A stretch of DNA of 32,000 nucleotides, taken from NCBI RefSeq assembly GCF_000091665.1, contig NC_000909.1, positions 910,712 through 942,711 on the forward strand. The letters run 5' to 3'. Source of the stretch: Methanocaldococcus jannaschii DSM 2661 (lineage in GTDB: Archaea > AGJL01 > Methanococci > Methanococcales > Methanocaldococcaceae). A model generated the notes under the pieces. The model was not told where the DNA came from, did not search any database, and worked only from the letters and a program-made list of their open reading frames with translations. Of the stretch, positions 29,243 to 32,000 are shown one piece after another; positions within the stretch are counted from its first letter, which is position 1; each line of letters starts with the position of its first letter. The translations under genes and the position numbers were made by a program.

Positions 29243-30367
29243 TTATAACACTCTTTTTATGGCATTCCATACTAAAAATGATTGTGGCTTTAAAGTTCCT
29301 CTTTGAGGATATAAAAATAAAATGTTTTTTTTAACTAAATAAACATAAACTGCTTTTGGTATTTTATCAACTTCAATTTCATACTTTCCCTTAAACAATT
29401 TTAACGCATTAATTATGTCCTCTTTTCTAATTTCGATAATCTCCTCCTCAATATTAACTTTTGGTTTTATATAATCCAAATTACTTAAAAAGTCCTTTAA
29501 TTTAGAGATTTCATCCATTAACAAGATATTTAAAACATCTTTTAGATTTTTATGTTTTAATTTACCTATAACATTTATAATTAGAATTGGCTTTCCCCCA
29601 ACATAAGAATAAATTAGCTCTTTATCCTCATCGGATAATTTTTTATTTAGAATTTCCTCTGATAGAAAATCTATAAACTTTAAAGCTGTCTCTTTATCAA
29701 AGTCATCAACTAAAATGTAATCAACCCTCTCCTTTAACATTGCCTCGTTATAAACCCTCTCTATGAATAAACTATCAGAACTTAAACAAAAAACATGACA
29801 TAGATGCTTATGCTTAGTTAATGATACAAAATAATTAAACAACTCATAAATTAAGAATCCGTTAATTTTCATATCTCCTATTTTTTGCAATTCATCTATA
29901 ATAATTATTGGCTGTTTTCCTTCTCTTTTAATATCCATTAAAATGTTAGTTATATACTTAAATACATTCTTGGTTGTTTTCTTTTTTAGAATTTCTTCCA
30001 ATGTATTTTTTGGTGTTGGAATACCACATAAAGAAGGAGCATCCTTTATCAAACTCCTTATAATTTCAATAGGCTTTTTATCATCCTCATACTCTTCAAA
30101 CAAGACTTCTATAATTAGACGAAAACCGAAGGTTTTCGTTGCTCGAAGCTTCGCTTCGAACTCATCATACTTAGAGATAAAAATCTCTCTCAAATCGATA
30201 TAAAACACAACATATTTGTTTTTATCCAGTCTATTGTTGATAATTTCATTAATTAGGGCTGTTTTTCCAGAGTTTATGGGGCCATAAATAAAATAAATTA
30301 AATTTGGTTCTTCTTCTAAAATTGATAAAATTTCTTTTATTTCTTCCACCCTATTAAAGAATTTCAT
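29243..30367 (-). CDS. Archaeal AAA+ ATPase, paralog of 23700-24728
   Basis: Walker A 'GPINSGKTA', Walker B 'IIIDELQ', and '[11 protein letters not shown]'. The ATG at 30367 (MKFFNR) is preferred over the tracked TTG at 30376; SD 'gaggag' lies upstream. Confidence 0.75.
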   Translation of the reverse strand: MKFFNRVEEIKEILSILEEEPNLIYFIYGPINSGKTALINEIINNRLDKNKYVVFYIDLREIFISKYDEFEAKLRATKTFGFRLIIEVLFEEYEDDKKPIEIIRSLIKDAPSLCGIPTPKNTLEEILKKKTTKNVFKYITNILMDIKREGKQPIIIIDELQKIGDMKINGFLIYELFNYFVSLTKHKHLCHVFCLSSDSLFIERVYNEAMLKERVDYILVDDFDKETALKFIDFLSEEILNKKLSDEDKELIYSYVGGKPILIINVIGKLKHKNLKDVLNILLMDEISKLKDFLSNLDYIKPKVNIEEEIIEIRKEDIINALKLFKGKYEIEVDKIPKAVYVYLVKKNILFLYPQRGTLKPQSFLVWNAIKRVL

Positions 30368-30398
30368 ATTTATCAACTCCTCAAATTTACTATATATT

Positions 30399-31148
30399 TC
30401 ATATCATTTTTTTGCCAGTAATTAAAAAGTATATCTCTTTTCTAAAGTCATTTGCAGAATTTTCGCATCTTTCTAAATATTTTCCTATATTGGTTAGCTC
30501 ATTCACAATAGCAACATTATAGTTTTTGCAAAACATTTTGAAATATATAGGATATATATGAACGCCCCCAAGTGGGGGCGTTCAAATTTTTATTTTTAAT
30601 TTTAATAACTTTTGCAAAAACTATAAACACATCTTCAAAAATCTTTCTTGCTAAGTATCTTTGAAACTCTTCATAAAATATCTTTTCAATTTCTCTGTGT
30701 AGTTTATATATCTCATCAATTTTATTTATATCTTCATTTATGTAAGAAGAAATACTCAATAAATTATCTCCTCAGTTAAAGAAGCCATTCTTTTTATGTA
30801 TTTGTCATTTCTATCAAAATTAAATTTTGAATTTAGCAGAACAAAACTTATCTTTACGGCACATTCTTCAATTTTTTCCAACATTGAACACAATTTTATA
30901 ATTGTTAGCAATTTTCTTAAATCTTTTGAGACGGGTCTATATAGGCATAGAGCTTTTACTGAATACATCTCCAATGACTCTAAATTTTTGATTATGTTAT
31001 TGTTTTTATAAATTACCAAATTACAGATGTCTTTTTTGTTTGTGCAGTATCCTTCAACACTAAGATTTAGATTTTTTATTATTTCTTCCCCTAATAGCTC
31101 TATTTTTCTATCCATCTCATTTACTATGTCATCAAATTTTTTTGGCAT
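30399..31148 (-). pseudogene. phoU: Second phoU copy, disrupted by a frameshift and by a MITE-like insertion
   Basis: Three pieces together align with the intact PhoU. ORF 30756-31148 gives 'CLYRPVSKDLRKLLTIIKLCSMLEKIEE'. The first 44 codons of ORF 30517-30759 give 'INEDINKIDEIYKLHREIEK'. An untracked tail at 30399-30518 reads '[39 protein letters not shown]'. Confidence 0.75.
30517..30626. mobile_element. MITE-like element, copy B (inside phoU)
   Basis: Perfect 17-bp TIRs: TTATAGTTTTTGCAAAA (30517-30533) and TTTTGCAAAAACTATAA (30610-30626). Central 11-bp-stem hairpin TGAACGCCCCC-aagt-GGGGGCGTTCA at 30559-30584. Homologous to 7063-7173 in the opposite orientation. Confidence 0.7.
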
Positions 31149-31214
31149 AAATATCCCTCAATAAGTATAAAAGTTCATATTTTGTGATTAATTAAAAAAT
31201 TTTGATGATGATAC

Positions 31215-31973
31215 TTAACCAAACCTACCACTAATGTAGTCATCTGTCTCCTTCTTCTGTGGATTTAGGAATATCTGCTCTGTCTCTCCAAACTCAATTA
31301 ATTTCCCCATTAAGAAAAAGGCAGTGTAATCAGAAACCCTACTTGCCTGCTGCATGTTGTGGGTAACAACAACAATCGTATAATCTTTAGCTAACTCAAC
31401 CATTAACTCCTCTATCTTTAATGTGGAGATAGGGTCTAAGGCAGATGTTGGTTCATCCATCAATAAAACCTCTGGCTTAACTGCTATCGCTCTCGCTATA
31501 CATAACCTCTGCTGTTGTCCTCCAGAGAGAGATAAAGCGTTTTTATGCAGTTCATCTTTAACCTCATCCCACAAAGCCGCTTTCTTTAAAGCCCACTCAA
31601 CAATCTTATCCAATTCTTTTTTATCCTTAATTCCATGAATTCTTGGGCCAAATGCAACATTATCATAGATGCTCATAGCAAAAGGATTTGGCTTTTGAAA
31701 TACCATTCCTACTCTCTTTCTCAACTCATAAACATCAACATCCTTATCATAGATATTTTTTCCATCCAATAAAACCTCTCCCTCTATTCTAACATTTGGA
31801 ATTAAATCATTTAGCCTATTTAAGCATCTTAAAAATGTTGATTTACCACATCCACTTGGCCCTATTAAGGCAGTTATTTTATTCTCATAGATTGGGAGAT
31901 TTATATCAAATAACGCCTGCTTTTCCCCATACCACAAATTTAGGTTTTTTGTTTCCATCTTCACCTTTGTCAT
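31215..31973 (-). CDS. pstB: Phosphate ABC transporter ATP-binding protein PstB
   Basis: Walker A 'GPSGCGKST', signature 'LSGGQQQRL', Walker B '[11 protein letters not shown]', and a PstB-type C-terminus 'DYISGRFG'. Confidence 0.95.
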   Translation of the reverse strand: MTKVKMETKNLNLWYGEKQALFDINLPIYENKITALIGPSGCGKSTFLRCLNRLNDLIPNVRIEGEVLLDGKNIYDKDVDVYELRKRVGMVFQKPNPFAMSIYDNVAFGPRIHGIKDKKELDKIVEWALKKAALWDEVKDELHKNALSLSGGQQQRLCIARAIAVKPEVLLMDEPTSALDPISTLKIEELMVELAKDYTIVVVTHNMQQASRVSDYTAFFLMGKLIEFGETEQIFLNPQKKETDDYISGRFG

Positions 31974-32000
31974 TTCTATCCCTTTTTTATATTTTATAAA

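Overview
AT-rich archaeal chromosomal segment. The proteins match what I recall of Methanocaldococcus jannaschii, roughly loci MJ0977-MJ1012; this is memory, not a search. Most of the window is housekeeping: ribosomal proteins eS1, uS2 and eL15, prefoldin beta, thermosome, HisRS, ValRS, IlvE, HypD, HemD, a TldD-like protease, homoaconitase large subunit, CofF-like ATP-grasp ligase, a DacZ-type diadenylate cyclase, and the pstB-phoU tail of a phosphate-uptake operon. Several accessory or unusual items sit between these genes. (1) An orphan cas6 split by a frameshift lies about 900 bp from a two-repeat CRISPR-like mini-array with a variant repeat. (2) A type II restriction-modification pair has a small RHH gene translationally coupled to the methylase. 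(3) A roughly 108-111 bp MITE-like element has perfect 17-bp terminal inverted repeats and a GC-rich central hairpin. It is present twice: once directly upstream of prefoldin beta, and once inside a second phoU gene, where removing it with one TA restores the reading frame. (4) A tightly coupled two-gene cassette pairs a possible RHH-like protein with a HEPN-like protein. It is followed by a 687-bp non-coding stretch with phased 10-bp repeats, a 96-bp inverted-repeat element and an untracked 56-codon membrane ORF. (5) There are two diverged paralogs of an archaeal AAA+ ATPase. One follows a small wHTH protein; the other is wedged between two phoU genes and carries a GC/CpG-rich palindromic in-frame insert. 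No rRNA or tRNA genes were seen. All functional calls come from motif-level reading by eye, and no database search was possible.
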